Source: a virus (lineage: Duplodnaviria; Caudoviricetes). From it: 25,952 bases of DNA. Positions 14,275-23,396 of this stretch are shown here, one piece after another. The notes beneath the pieces were generated by a model. It did no database searches. It had not been told where the DNA came from and saw only the letters and a program-made list of their open reading frames with translations. The position numbers and the translations under genes were made by a program. The stretch lies in the IMG/VR virus record IMGVR_UViG_3300010354_000557, positions 1-25,952 of that record. One strand, given 5' to 3'. Position 1 is the first letter of the stretch. Each line of letters starts with the position of its first letter.

Positions 14275-16100
14275 CACTCAGTCACCCTGAAGTTGCCGGG
14301 AGTCAATACGTCCTTTGCAACAATGCTAGCTCCGCTCGAATCGACGGGTACTTGCACTGCGGACACATTGATCAGACCTTCTTCGTCAAGCGTGATCTGT
14401 TCGACTTGGAAAATGCTGCTGTTGTTCTGCTGGCTGCGGATCATAAACAGGGTGTTGTGCAGCGACGGATCGGAGATGACGTTGCCCGAGACAAAGAACG
14501 AGCGCTCGATAAACTCACCAGTCGTCGGGTTGAAAAACATGGCGTCGTAGCTGCCGTCATCAATCGGATTGATGGAAGTCAAGCTGCCTGCATCGGTGAT
14601 GGCACCCACGCTGTTGGTGTTAAAGGTGGTAGCCGTCGTCATCACGCGGATATAAGAACCAGGCTGGATACTCAGCGCATCCGGCACCGTTTTGAACGTG
14701 ACGGTTTGCGTAACGCGGCGCCGCACACTCAACAGGAATCGAGCTGTACGCAACGCCTGCTCGCGGTTGGTGCAGAACTCGCTGAGATCAAACACCTGCT
14801 GGGTGGCGGAAGCGTCGTCTTCGGCAATGTCGGCCCATTCCACCAACGCTGAGGCTTGCGTCGGCAGATCGTTTTCTACGGTGACGCGCCACGACACCAA
14901 AGCTTTGAAGTTGGTGCGCTGCGCGATATCGATGTACTGCAGCTGCAGCGAGTCTTCGATGATGTTGCCAGCCGTGAAGATCTGTTCGACAGCGATAGGG
15001 CTAGTACTGATCTGAAAGCTGCTGTTGAACGGCAATGCCGGCATCAAGCCAAAGCGACCATTTTTGATCGTGAAGTTACACAGCTGAAGCGGCGCTGTAT
15101 TGAAAATGAACGAGCGGAGTGATTCGGTATCTTCTAGTACGCCGTCGTAGAAGATCTTGTTGGCACGTAGATACTTACCCGTCGTTTGCAGTGAAGCGAC
15201 ATCGACAAGCTCCAGTGGCACGACATTGCCCACGCCTTGTTTGATATCGGTCAGCAGGTAGTAGACCAGATCAGAGAACAGGTTGCTGGGGCCGTTTCCG
15301 CCGTCTACCAGCCGTTGGACACTGATGCCACTGGGAATCCAAGCACGGATCTGCCCAACGCTTCCGATCTGACCGCTTGATTTGACGGAGATAGCAAGGA
15401 CGGATAGGTCGTCGTAATTTGCATCCGATACGTTTTCTAGATATTCGTTGACATAAACAATTTCATGCTCAGGATTTGATTGATTGGATTTTGTAAGTTC
15501 TTGATAAAAGCTGACATCGGCAATTTGTGATTGCTGCTCAAAAATGCGTTGGGCTCGTGAGACTCCATTGTCATCTACAGGGCGTCCCGGTATCGGTGTC
15601 GGCGCCGCTGTTGGCGCTGGCGTTGGCGCAGGTGTTGGCGCAGGTGTTGGACCGGGAGTAGGGTTTGGATTGGGCGGCGCAGGAGTTGGGGTTGCTGTTC
15701 TAACAGCTGCGGTTACTATGTAACTTAGTGTGCTTACACCTCTACCAAGCGCATTATTTACTAACTTACTAAAAGTAAAGATTGTGCGAACAGGTCCATC
15801 GCCGACCGATCGAATGACTTTGTATGTAAAGTTTCGCCATATAAGCCGTGAGCCAGTTAAATCAACGTATTTCTGGCCAACATCTTCGCCGATCGTGCCT
15901 CTAATTACTTCCGCCCTAATGCGAATGGTGATCGTTGAATTACCAGCAAGGCAAATTAGATCCTCTTCCTGTGTATCCCCAACCCGTTTAGTGGTTGGAT
16001 CACCAAAGATATCAAAGTAAATCGCATTTGCGGGAAACGGATTTAATGTCGTTCCATCCGAAACGCTAAATAGATTAACTTCGGTCGGGGTGAAAGACAT
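14274..16100 (-). CDS. Tail tip / baseplate hub (lambda J-like) protein, C-terminal part
   Basis: SNLFSDLVYYLLTD...GVG, FTAGNIIEDS, FCTNREQA, VTFKT...IQPGSYIRV are J-like core motifs; in frame with the upstream ORF. Confidence 0.7.
   Translation of the reverse strand: MSFTPTEVNLFSVSDGTTLNPFPANAIYFDIFGDPTTKRVGDTQEEDLICLAGNSTITIRIRAEVIRGTIGEDVGQKYVDLTGSRLIWRNFTYKVIRSVGDGPVRTIFTFSKLVNNALGRGVSTLSYIVTAAVRTATPTPAPPNPNPTPGPTPAPTPAPTPAPTAAPTPIPGRPVDDNGVSRAQRIFEQQSQIADVSFYQELTKSNQSNPEHEIVYVNEYLENVSDANYDDLSVLAISVKSSGQIGSVGQIRAWIPSGISVQRLVDGGNGPSNLFSDLVYYLLTDIKQGVGNVVPLELVDVASLQTTGKYLRANKIFYDGVLEDTESLRSFIFNTAPLQLCNFTIKNGRFGLMPALPFNSSFQISTSPIAVEQIFTAGNIIEDSLQLQYIDIAQRTNFKALVSWRVTVENDLPTQASALVEWADIAEDDASATQQVFDLSEFCTNREQALRTARFLLSVRRRVTQTVTFKTVPDALSIQPGSYIRVMTTATTFNTNSVGAITDAGSLTSINPIDDGSYDAMFFNPTTGEFIERSFFVSGNVISDPSLHNTLFMIRSQQNNSSIFQVEQITLDEEGLINVSAVQVPVDSSGASIVAKDVLTPGNFRVTE
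15601..15660. repeat. Imperfect 12-nt tandem repeat (about 5 units) encoding a PTPA linker
   Basis: ggcgccgctgtt ggcgctggcgtt ggcgcaggtgtt ggcgcaggtgtt ggaccgggagta. Confidence 0.85.
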
Positions 16101-16133
16101 CGATCTCTGGGTGAGTGGTAGTGAATAAAACCT

Positions 16134-18248
16134 TTAGCCAGGAATGAACGTACCACCAACAAATGCGGTACTTGCGTTGGTGGTCAGCTCCTTGTTTCGT
16201 TCCAGTTGACTGACCGTGAACCGCTTGCCTCTTGTACTCAAGCGAAAGGAACCATAGGGCGTTGAATAGTCGCTACCGAAATTAGTATCGGCGTTGGCTG
16301 ATTCGGATTCGGAGTCAAGTTGAATGACGGTCTGGTTTAATTCGTCATCGCGGCCAGCTTCGGCGCCAGTGACAGGAACAAACCGATATTCGTAGTAGCC
16401 AGCTGTGCGGGGTTGGATCCGCAGGAAGTTGAACTGGTCAACTGGTGCTGTGCCTGATACGCAGAACAGTTGAGGGATGCGTGCCCAAGCCCGTTCCGCT
16501 TCGCCAAACTTTTGCACGGGTCGTACCAGCACGGAGAAAAACGAGGAGCGCGCAAAATAGCGATCCAGTCGTGGTGTATTCAGTGTGATGTTTTTCCTGT
16601 CCAGTCGGAAGAGTTTGGCTGGTGTCGGAATCGTGTTGAAGTTGGTGAGGCCACTAGCGCGATTCCACACCTGGCTTTTGATCCCGATTTCAATGACATC
16701 AGCATCACGACGAACTGGTCGCACCGTAGCTTCGCTGTAGCGGCACAGCGGGAAGAACCCAGTACCAATGTTGGTAGCGGGATCAAAGTCTTGTCCACCC
16801 GGTCCCGATCCGGGGCCGTCGTAACCAGCCAGTGGTTCATTAATCGTGCGTGTACCGCATGCACCGATCTGCGGGTTCTTCTGGATTTCAGTGCATTCGA
16901 GCGTAACGTTGATGAACTGCGCATCAGGTTGCGGGTCGCGATCACGAACGATCCAGATGGTTGAACCGATAATCCAGCGCGAGCCAATCGTTAGCAAGTC
17001 GTCCGCTCGGGTACGCCAAGCATCGGCGGCGCTTTCAAGATCGGTCAGGTTAACTTCAGTATCGGCAAAATCACTCCGTTCAAAGTCGTCCCAGTTTTGA
17101 AGGCGGATCTGAAAAACAGCTGTCGATCCAACGCTGACGTTGACAAACGTACGGCTTGAGTATTCGGTGTTATTGATGCGAACGATGCCCATCCGCCTTG
17201 AATACTGGCGGCCGACTCCGGGCTGACCAACGGCGAGTTTCGTTGTTGCAGTGGCGTTTTCAACGACGGTGAGCACATCAGCTCGTTTGCCGGCAATCTT
17301 TCTGCGTCGAGCTTTAATCTCTGCGCGTTGTTCTTGGTTGTCCGCGCCTAATGTTCCAGCCTCTGGCGCGGCGATGATCTCCCAGTTAAAGCGGAAGGCA
17401 GTTCCGTTTTCGATGGGTGAGTAGGCACCAAATTGTGATGCGTTTTGCGGGTTATAGGCTTGCGAGAAACCTAGGCTGAACTGCTGACCACCACCAGTCG
17501 GTGCGGTAAACACTTGCCTGCCTAATGTACCAGTCGCTCCAGCACCGGCGGTGCCTGCAATTAGTGTTGTGGGTCGGTTAGCATCCTTTTTGGATGACCA
17601 GAACAACGCATATTCACTGTCATCAAGGGTAGATAAGCCGGTGGTGCCGACACGGATGCCGCCGAGTTGTGGGGTCGGTAGACCAAACTGTCCGGCAACG
17701 TAAATGCCCTCGTAGGACTGGAATGAGCCGTTAGCGAACAGGCGGCTCCACACCAAAGCTGGGGCAAGAATTAGACCTCCGGTATCGTTGCCGTCAGCGC
17801 CTTCATCGCGTTTGCCGAATGGGACAGGAATGGTTTGGCCGTATTCAGCCAGGGCGCTGACGTTATCGAAGCTGGTGGTTTGGTTGAAGCGCGTGGGGCC
17901 GATCTGATCGGAGAGCTGTCGGCTACGGATCCGCGGCTGATTTTCAAGCGTCGGCGCTTTGGGTGCCAGCAGGATGCTGACGGCTGTGCTTGCCAGACCA
18001 ATGACAAGGCTTACGACAGCAACAGCAACGGCATTTTCAACATCAGGGATATGGTCATACTCAGCTGGCCTTACACGCGATTTCAGTTCGGCGTGGCGTA
18101 AAAACTTGCGGTATTCCTGATCGCTACAACCCAGCGTTTCGATTAACGCGACTTCAAACGGTAACAGCGGCGGATTGAAAGGAGCGCCGCCGGTTTCCAG
18201 TCCACGCTTTTGCTGAGGTTGTTGATGTAGAGGAGTCCCTGCTGCCAT
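16134..18248 (-). CDS. Tail tip protein, N-terminal part (true start probably near 18170)
   Basis: LLPFEVALIETLG..., hydrophobic segment plus LLAPKAP, LAEYGQTIPVPFG...LVWSR, typical of tail-tip I/J N-termini; ends at a TAA in frame with the next ORF. Confidence 0.68.
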   Translation of the reverse strand: MAAGTPLHQQPQQKRGLETGGAPFNPPLLPFEVALIETLGCSDQEYRKFLRHAELKSRVRPAEYDHIPDVENAVAVAVVSLVIGLASTAVSILLAPKAPTLENQPRIRSRQLSDQIGPTRFNQTTSFDNVSALAEYGQTIPVPFGKRDEGADGNDTGGLILAPALVWSRLFANGSFQSYEGIYVAGQFGLPTPQLGGIRVGTTGLSTLDDSEYALFWSSKKDANRPTTLIAGTAGAGATGTLGRQVFTAPTGGGQQFSLGFSQAYNPQNASQFGAYSPIENGTAFRFNWEIIAAPEAGTLGADNQEQRAEIKARRRKIAGKRADVLTVVENATATTKLAVGQPGVGRQYSRRMGIVRINNTEYSSRTFVNVSVGSTAVFQIRLQNWDDFERSDFADTEVNLTDLESAADAWRTRADDLLTIGSRWIIGSTIWIVRDRDPQPDAQFINVTLECTEIQKNPQIGACGTRTINEPLAGYDGPGSGPGGQDFDPATNIGTGFFPLCRYSEATVRPVRRDADVIEIGIKSQVWNRASGLTNFNTIPTPAKLFRLDRKNITLNTPRLDRYFARSSFFSVLVRPVQKFGEAERAWARIPQLFCVSGTAPVDQFNFLRIQPRTAGYYEYRFVPVTGAEAGRDDELNQTVIQLDSESESANADTNFGSDYSTPYGSFRLSTRGKRFTVSQLERNKELTTNASTAFVGGTFIPG

Positions 18249-18487
18249 GTCACCCCAAAAGCCAGCGGAGCCGCTGTTAAGACTGCAATATCACCATCGT
18301 AGATAGGCTCTTTAATGCGCATACAGAATTGGTCTAGATCTTGTAGTACCTGCCGCGGGGTCATTGCATACCACTCAGGCTTAAACGTTGGTGGATTCAT
18401 GCCCATCTCATCCAGCGCATCGATGACGAGCCGGATGCAATCGTTGCCGCCGTATTCGTAGGGTCGACCAATCAGGTGACTACACAC
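18143..18487 (-). CDS. NlpC/P60-like tail tip assembly protein (lambda K-like)
   Basis: LIGRPYEYGGNDCIRLV...DGDIAVL; syntenic position after the L-like gene. Confidence 0.68.
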   Translation of the reverse strand: MCSHLIGRPYEYGGNDCIRLVIDALDEMGMNPPTFKPEWYAMTPRQVLQDLDQFCMRIKEPIYDGDIAVLTAAPLAFGVTWQQGLLYINNLSKSVDWKPAALLSIRRCYRLKSR

Positions 18488-18932
18488 GTAGCTGCGCTGT
18501 AAACGGGATGTTGCCCACCAAGTTACGGATCAAGCGGCGCGCGGGCACATTGGCTTGGACTGAATCCAGCACGGAGTTCAGGCTGATCTGCAGCGTCGTT
18601 TCGTCCCAGCCACCGCTAGCGCAGCTGCCGAAATACTCATAGAGGGTGCGTTGCACAGCACCACTGCTGGGCTCCCACAGGATGGTGGTGACCTTGGCGA
18701 CCCAGAGGTTTTCCAGCGCTTGCGTTGCCCAGGCGCGGGTCATCTCTGTATTCGGCAGTTGCAGCGTCGCGTCGAGGTTATCGCCTTGCAATGTGGCAAC
18801 CGCTCCACCAAAGCCAAAGCCCAGAAACATGTAGCCATTGACGTTTTGAGCGATGGCGTAATTCTGGAAGCGGAAGCGGGCGGCCTGACCGGAAGGGCCA
18901 ACGTCTAATAGGTGGCCGTAGGCGAATTCCAT
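18480..18932 (-). CDS. Minor tail protein (lambda L-like position)
   Basis: Directly follows the tape measure with TAATG coupling; LNSVLDSVQANVPARRL. Confidence 0.6.
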   Translation of the reverse strand: MEFAYGHLLDVGPSGQAARFRFQNYAIAQNVNGYMFLGFGFGGAVATLQGDNLDATLQLPNTEMTRAWATQALENLWVAKVTTILWEPSSGAVQRTLYEYFGSCASGGWDETTLQISLNSVLDSVQANVPARRLIRNLVGNIPFTAQLRV

Positions 18933-21160
18933 TAGAGACCAATGCGACGGCGATTCGCCGGGCTATTACTCAGCGTACGCAGAGCACGGCGTTCACCTTG
19001 TGCGGCACCTTGCTGCGCTGCTTGCGCTAGGCCGCGTTGGAACTGATCATTGGTGACGTACTCAACGCTGTTGATGCGCTCGACGCTGTAGCGCACATCG
19101 ATCGGCTCCATCGGTCCGGCGCTGACTGCAGCGGCTTGAGTTGAACCGCTTTCGCCAGCAATCACTGCATCACCGCGTACACCGCGTGAGTAGCGAGACA
19201 TGGCAGCATTCATCTTGCTGGCTGGGATGACGTATTCCGATTCGCCGCCTTCACCGATCACAGCATTGGTGGGCCCCGTGACGAAACCACCGTCGGCAAA
19301 GAAGCTCGCACCACCAAATGCCGCTGGGTTGAATCCAGCTTGACCAGCGCCGAAAACAGAAGCTCCTGATACAGGGCCTGCACCACCAAACGAGAATCCA
19401 CCACCACCACCCAAGGCATTGAGGATCGACTGGAAAGTGATCAGGGCAATCTGCTTGGCAATGATCTGAGTGGCCGCCTCAATAAAGGCATCGGCAATCT
19501 TTTTGAAGACCTCGGACAACGCTTGCTGGGCAGACTTGGCGCCGGTAATCACATCAGTGAAAGCTGTGCCAAACGCGTCACCAATGGCGTTAGCACCGTT
19601 GAGGGCTACGTTGATGGGGTTAGCTAGTTCCTGCAGTTGCTGCCTGAGTTCAGCGATTCTTGTTTCCCCTTCACTCACTCGAAGATCAGGAAGCCCAAGA
19701 TCAAAAGCGCCGGCACCGCCACGCAGATTGTCCTGAAGGTTCAGGCCAGCACGCTTGAAGAACTCAGCATTTTGCTCCTTGATTACAGCAAGGCGATTAC
19801 GCTCTAGCTCAATCAATGTTTCAACATTTAGGTTATCCAGCTCAGCCGCGGTCTTGGTGATGATCGCCAAGCGTTCACGCTGATCCGTTACACCAATCAA
19901 AGACTTTTGCAGATCAGCGACAATTTGCAAGGTTTGCGATTCTGCTTTTAATCCAATCGCCGCCTCCTTGTTGCCTAGGTTCTCAACATCGGCAATCAAG
20001 AGCTTGTTGCTTAAAAGCTTTTGGGTGAGTTGCGATTCAATCTGCAGACCACGTAAGCGTTCCTGCAAGCGCCGTTCGACCTCCGCAGCGCGTTCGGCCT
20101 CACGCTCCGCATCGCTTTTGCCTGCTTTCCGGCCTTTGCCGCCACTAGCAGCAAGCAATGGAGGCAAACCACCAGTTGCAGAGCCTCTTGGCACTGAGGG
20201 CCCTGTTGAGCCTCCTAGCTCAGAAGCAAGAAGCGATTTACGTAGGCGTTCACGATACTGTTGAACTTCCTGGTCGAATGGATTAGCAAAGCGCAAGGCG
20301 CCAAAACGTGTTCTGGTCCTTCGGTTGGCTTCGACCTGTGAACTCGCTTCCGCCTGAAGCCTAGAGGCATTATTAACCCGCTCAAGAAATGCATTGATAC
20401 CATCAATCAGGAACTTGAAAACAGGCTCAAAAAATGTGCCAATATTTTGGGCTAGACGTTGGAATGAGTCTTGAAGCGTACTGAGCTTGCCGTTTAAGGT
20501 ATCGCTCTGCGCAATGGCACCGTTGGCGTATTTACCACCGGCATCCGTGAGCTTGATGATGGCTGCTTCAACAGCTTCGGCACTAATGCGCCCGCCTTCC
20601 AGTGCTTTTTGAAATTCCTCGCCGCTGAGCTTGTACTCCTCCTTCAGGACTTTTTGCAGCGCAACACCACGCTCTTGGAACTGCAGCAGTTCCTCACCCT
20701 GCAATCGGCCCTTGGCCTGAACCTGTCCATAGGCAGTGACCAAGCCCTGCAGTTCGGCACCAGTTGCACCACTGACATCAGCCAGGCGTCGGGTCGTATC
20801 AACAACCTTGCTGGCTTCAACGCCAAAGGCTTGCAGGCGTTTAGCAGACTCAATCAGCTCGGTGCTAGTAAACGGCGTGACCGCACCAAGGTCCTGCAAC
20901 TCTTTAACGATCTGACCAGCGCGTTGAGCGCTGCCAGTCAGTACCTCTAGGCTGCGCCGTTGGCTTTCAACTTCTGCTGCTTGGACAAAAACAAACTTGG
21001 CAGCCTGGAACGCTGCAAATGCACCGGCTAGACGACCGACAACTGCGCCTAAGCCATTAACAGCGCGCTCTGTTGTCTTAGCCTCTTGCTGCACCTGCTG
21101 CAGCCGTTGGATCGCATTGCGCGCATCAACGTTGATGGCAACATTGGCGACAACAGACAC
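18932..21160 (-). CDS. Tape measure protein (742 aa)
   Basis: VTPFTSTEL...AYGQVQAKGRLQGEELLQFQERG tape-measure domain, helical Ala/Leu-rich body, C-terminal FADGGFVTGPTNAVIGEGGESEYVIP. Confidence 0.92.
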   Translation of the reverse strand: MSVVANVAINVDARNAIQRLQQVQQEAKTTERAVNGLGAVVGRLAGAFAAFQAAKFVFVQAAEVESQRRSLEVLTGSAQRAGQIVKELQDLGAVTPFTSTELIESAKRLQAFGVEASKVVDTTRRLADVSGATGAELQGLVTAYGQVQAKGRLQGEELLQFQERGVALQKVLKEEYKLSGEEFQKALEGGRISAEAVEAAIIKLTDAGGKYANGAIAQSDTLNGKLSTLQDSFQRLAQNIGTFFEPVFKFLIDGINAFLERVNNASRLQAEASSQVEANRRTRTRFGALRFANPFDQEVQQYRERLRKSLLASELGGSTGPSVPRGSATGGLPPLLAASGGKGRKAGKSDAEREAERAAEVERRLQERLRGLQIESQLTQKLLSNKLLIADVENLGNKEAAIGLKAESQTLQIVADLQKSLIGVTDQRERLAIITKTAAELDNLNVETLIELERNRLAVIKEQNAEFFKRAGLNLQDNLRGGAGAFDLGLPDLRVSEGETRIAELRQQLQELANPINVALNGANAIGDAFGTAFTDVITGAKSAQQALSEVFKKIADAFIEAATQIIAKQIALITFQSILNALGGGGGFSFGGAGPVSGASVFGAGQAGFNPAAFGGASFFADGGFVTGPTNAVIGEGGESEYVIPASKMNAAMSRYSRGVRGDAVIAGESGSTQAAAVSAGPMEPIDVRYSVERINSVEYVTNDQFQRGLAQAAQQGAAQGERRALRTLSNSPANRRRIGL

Positions 21161-21187
21161 AGCAGCACCCCTAAGCCTATAAGCAGT

Positions 21188-21373
21188 TTATCGGCGACGC
21201 TTCATCTGCCGTTCTTGCTCTTCGTTTTGGAGGTCAAAATAACTCGACCATATCAGTAGCTCTTCAAGTGTTACCTCTTGATTAAGCCTTGCAAGGCTGT
21301 AGCCAAGCTCTTTAGCAACACCAAGTTGAAGCAATAAGAGCTTATCTTTTTTGAGCTCAGCCTTTACCGCTTT
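21188..21373 (-). CDS. Tail assembly chaperone gpT-like frame (C-terminal part of a G-T frameshift fusion)
   Basis: Open frame KAVKAELKKDKLLLLQLGVAKELGYSLARLNQEVTLEELLIWSSYFDLQNEEQERQMKRRR; no usable ATG; overlaps the end of the gpG-like gene in its +1 frame. Confidence 0.75.
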   Translation of the reverse strand, partial: KAVKAELKKDKLLLLQLGVAKELGYSLARLNQEVTLEELLIWSSYFDLQNEEQERQMKRRR

Positions 21374-21716
21374 TCATGTCCAGTTCTTGGCCTTCCTCTG
21401 GGTTAGTGATGATGGCCAGCATCAGCGCTTGCAGGTCAGAATCATTTACCTCGTTTTTCAGTTCAGCGATTTCACCAATTTGAAACAGGCGCTGCCCTGC
21501 ATCATCCACTGCTTTGGTCACGAGCAAATTCAAGGCAAAGCCGTTGGCATCATCGCCACCAGGCATCTTCTGCGCTCGCTCACGTTCAGCCATCGTCAGC
21601 TGTGACGCGTAAAACTCAAACAGGTCACCATTGGACAAGGTAACCGCACGCTTGATTGGCGTCAGATTGGCTGCCTTCTTGAGACGGGCAAGAGCTGATG
21701 ATGCAGGTGCAGGCAT
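21357..21716 (-). CDS. Tail assembly chaperone (gpG-like)
   Basis: 119 aa between tail tube and tape measure; LTMAERERAQ...KAVDDAGQRLF. Confidence 0.8.
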   Translation of the reverse strand: MPAPASSALARLKKAANLTPIKRAVTLSNGDLFEFYASQLTMAERERAQKMPGGDDANGFALNLLVTKAVDDAGQRLFQIGEIAELKNEVNDSDLQALMLAIITNPEEGQELDMKSGKG

Positions 21717-21747
21717 AAAATCATCTATTTGTTATTACTTTAGGCAC

Positions 21748-21775
21748 AAAAAAGCCCCTGGTAAAAGCCAGGGGC
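21748..21775 (-). terminator. Rho-independent terminator after the major tail gene
   Basis: Minus strand reads GCCCCTGG-ctttta-CCAGGGGC-TTTTTT. Confidence 0.88.
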
Positions 21776-21801
21776 ATGAGCGGCACGGCCTAGAAGCTGT
21801 A

Positions 21802-22560
21802 TCAGGCAGAAGTGCTGAAATCGAAGCTGGGTGTGCCGGTAGGCCGGAAGGCGATTTCCACCTGTTGCGCGTCGTCAGGATTGACGTTCTGGGTAGCGCT
21901 GATGATCACAGCATCAAAGGAGAAGCCGCGGCTCAGGGCCTCAGTGTTTTGCTTGTCGGTGTAGAGCTTGAACGCACAACCGACCTGCTGACGCTGCACT
22001 ACGTCTTCGACAATGCGATTTGACAGTGCGCTGTCCTCATTGGTGACGTAGATGGTGGCGCTACCAGAACCATCAGCAAAGCCAGGGATGTAAGCCCGGA
22101 ACGGTACATACTGACCGGCAGTTTGACCGATGGTGGTCACATCGATCTCAGCCCGGCTGATCTCAAACGACCAGTTCTGCACTTGGCCAACAGCGGCGAA
22201 ATCGGCGTAGAACACCTCAAACTCGTTGGGAGTTGCAGCGGTGCCATCGTCGGTGATATTGACGGCAGAGCCACCAGCGGTAGCTGATACCTGTAGTGCA
22301 CCAGAGCTAGCGGTATAGGCAATCACGTAGTACGTGGTACCAGCCGAGAGACCAGCGGGCAGCGTGCCTGTCCCAGCCTCACCGTTTTGGCTATTAACCA
22401 GACGAAACTTCACCGGATCACCTACCTTGAAATTCAGGTAAGGCTCAACAGTGATCGTTTCAGTAGAAACATTGACACCAGACTCACCGAATGTACCGGT
22501 GGTGCCAGCGGGTTTGTAGTAAAGAGCGCCGGACGTACCGGACAAAACAGTGACGGCCAT
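21802..22560 (-). CDS. Major tail tube protein with an inserted accessory domain
   Basis: LSGTSGALYY...[insert with LSAGTTYYVI]...WSFEISRAEIDVTTIG...YIPGFADGSGSATIY; follows the tail terminator gene and precedes a terminator. Confidence 0.85.
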   Translation of the reverse strand: MAVTVLSGTSGALYYKPAGTTGTFGESGVNVSTETITVEPYLNFKVGDPVKFRLVNSQNGEAGTGTLPAGLSAGTTYYVIAYTASSGALQVSATAGGSAVNITDDGTAATPNEFEVFYADFAAVGQVQNWSFEISRAEIDVTTIGQTAGQYVPFRAYIPGFADGSGSATIYVTNEDSALSNRIVEDVVQRQQVGCAFKLYTDKQNTEALSRGFSFDAVIISATQNVNPDDAQQVEIAFRPTGTPSFDFSTSA

Positions 22561-22581
22561 GTTTGAACGGCAGTAGCTGTC

Positions 22582-23001
22582 TCAGTCTAAATAGGCTTCA
22601 AATGTTGCCGTTAGCTGCGTTTGGTAAAACGCTTCAGGTGCAGCAGCAATGACTGCTGCAGGACCGGAGACCGGATCAAAGATGATGCTGGAGAATTTGG
22701 CGCGATCAAATAGATCTTTGACCCGTTCTGCAATCGTCAGATTGCTGCCGGCACCAGTACCAATCGGCGTGAAGACATTGACGACAAGGGTGCCGTTATG
22801 ACGGTTGAAGCCAGTGCTAGGCCCTTGCAGCGTGGCGTAGGCGTTGTCGCCAAAGCGAATCTGCACCTGCAGCCATGCACTGTTGTTGGGCGGGCTGTAG
22901 GGGACGTTTTGATAGGAGACCGGATAGGCCGGGCTTTTGGCGAACTCGGTAGCGATGCGCGCTTCAATTGCGCTGCGAACATCGTTGAGGCTGCTGCTCA
23001 T
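22582..23001 (-). CDS. Tail terminator / tail completion protein
   Basis: PVSYQNVPYSPP...WLQV...GTLVVNVFTPIGTG...AERVKDLF; synteny. Confidence 0.72.
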   Translation of the reverse strand: MSSSLNDVRSAIEARIATEFAKSPAYPVSYQNVPYSPPNNSAWLQVQIRFGDNAYATLQGPSTGFNRHNGTLVVNVFTPIGTGAGSNLTIAERVKDLFDRAKFSSIIFDPVSGPAAVIAAAPEAFYQTQLTATFEAYLD

Positions 23002-23396
23002 GACTGCCTCCCGATGCGATCAGCGGCAATGCGGACGCGGCCTTGCACATCCTTAGCAATGCCTTGCACCCAACCTGCAGGCGCTTTAGGGCTACTGCCG
23101 TTAGCCAGGAACTCGGCGTAGGAGAGGTTGTTATGGACGCTGTAGACGTTGCCTAACTTCTCCTGCTGGTACCCCAACCGGTCGATCGGCGGTGTGGATG
23201 GGTAGCTGCCTTCTGGCTTGACACCACCTGGCGCCGAGTTTTCACCGACCTCCCAGCTAGCGCGAAAACGACCTGTGTCGAATGGACTGGCGTTTTTGGC
23301 CAGGTTGTCGGTTTCTAAGACGGCTGCCCGCAGCAGCTGCTCGAACTGACGCTTGGCATAGTCCCCAATGTCGCCAACGCGGATCGTGCTAGCCAT
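22998..23396 (-). CDS. HK97 gp10-like neck / tail completion protein
   Basis: SPFDTGRFRASW...NNLSYAEFLANGSSPKAPAGWV; TGATG coupling. Confidence 0.8.
   Translation of the reverse strand: MASTIRVGDIGDYAKRQFEQLLRAAVLETDNLAKNASPFDTGRFRASWEVGENSAPGGVKPEGSYPSTPPIDRLGYQQEKLGNVYSVHNNLSYAEFLANGSSPKAPAGWVQGIAKDVQGRVRIAADRIGRQS

Noticed and set aside
15601-15660. Tandem repeat as a CRISPR-like array
   Set aside because: No spacers; units are 12 nt, in frame, and encode a Pro/Thr linker.
9200-18248. Diversity-generating retroelement or invertase shufflon acting on fibre/tip genes
   Set aside because: No reverse transcriptase, no template/variable repeat pair and no inverted cassettes seen in the window.
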